DNA from: Octopus sinensis
Taxonomy: Eukaryota
Direction of reading: 5' to 3'
Length of the DNA stretch: 64,000 bases
Assembly: GCF_006345805.1 (NCBI RefSeq)
Contig: NC_042998.1
Location: forward strand, 29,140,001 to 29,204,000
A model generated the notes under the pieces. That model was not told where the DNA came from and did no database searches. It saw only the letters and a program-made list of their open reading frames with translations. Made by a program: the position numbers and the translations under genes. The first letter of the stretch is position 1; every line of letters begins with the position of its first letter. Shown here piece by piece: positions 63,827-64,000 of the stretch.

Positions 63827-63901
63827 ACTACACACACACATAGGTGTACTTTCATAAAATTTTAAATACATACATGTTTGCATTATCGCTGAAATAAAAA
63901 C

Positions 63902-63934
<33 letters not shown>

Positions 63935-64000
63935 GGAGATGTACCTGCATAGCAAGTGATTTGATCTGAGATCGTGTGCTGAAACGAAAACAATTGCAAC

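Overview
AT-rich, microsatellite-dense animal genomic DNA. The tRNA-derived SINE repertoire, the TA/CA/TACA microsatellite load and the mix of retrotransposons point to a cephalopod, most likely Octopus (inference). I cannot support any intact host gene, true tRNA/rRNA gene or CRISPR array; nearly all long ORFs in the track are microsatellite artefacts, so the window looks intronic or intergenic. It holds about 25 SINE copies from several families, decayed DNA transposons (two DD34D mariners, a DD37D/maT element, a hAT, an internally deleted Helitron, an 8-bp-TSD foldback MITE) and non-LTR fragments (CR1-like with a young subfamily, RTE, HERO-like and R4-like restriction-like endonuclease ends, a Penelope-like RT). 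The least explained signal is a set of about ten hammerhead-ribozyme-like motifs from several unrelated sequence families, most with the palindromic stem III typical of Penelope-associated dimeric hammerheads. Several sit as outward-facing pairs in long inverted repeats (3161-3659, 47795-48618, 54598-55375), and ribozyme 3' halves form palindromes (a perfect 184-bp one at 21782-21965 and a related one at 27149-27257). All translations, alignments and folds were done by eye and need computational confirmation.
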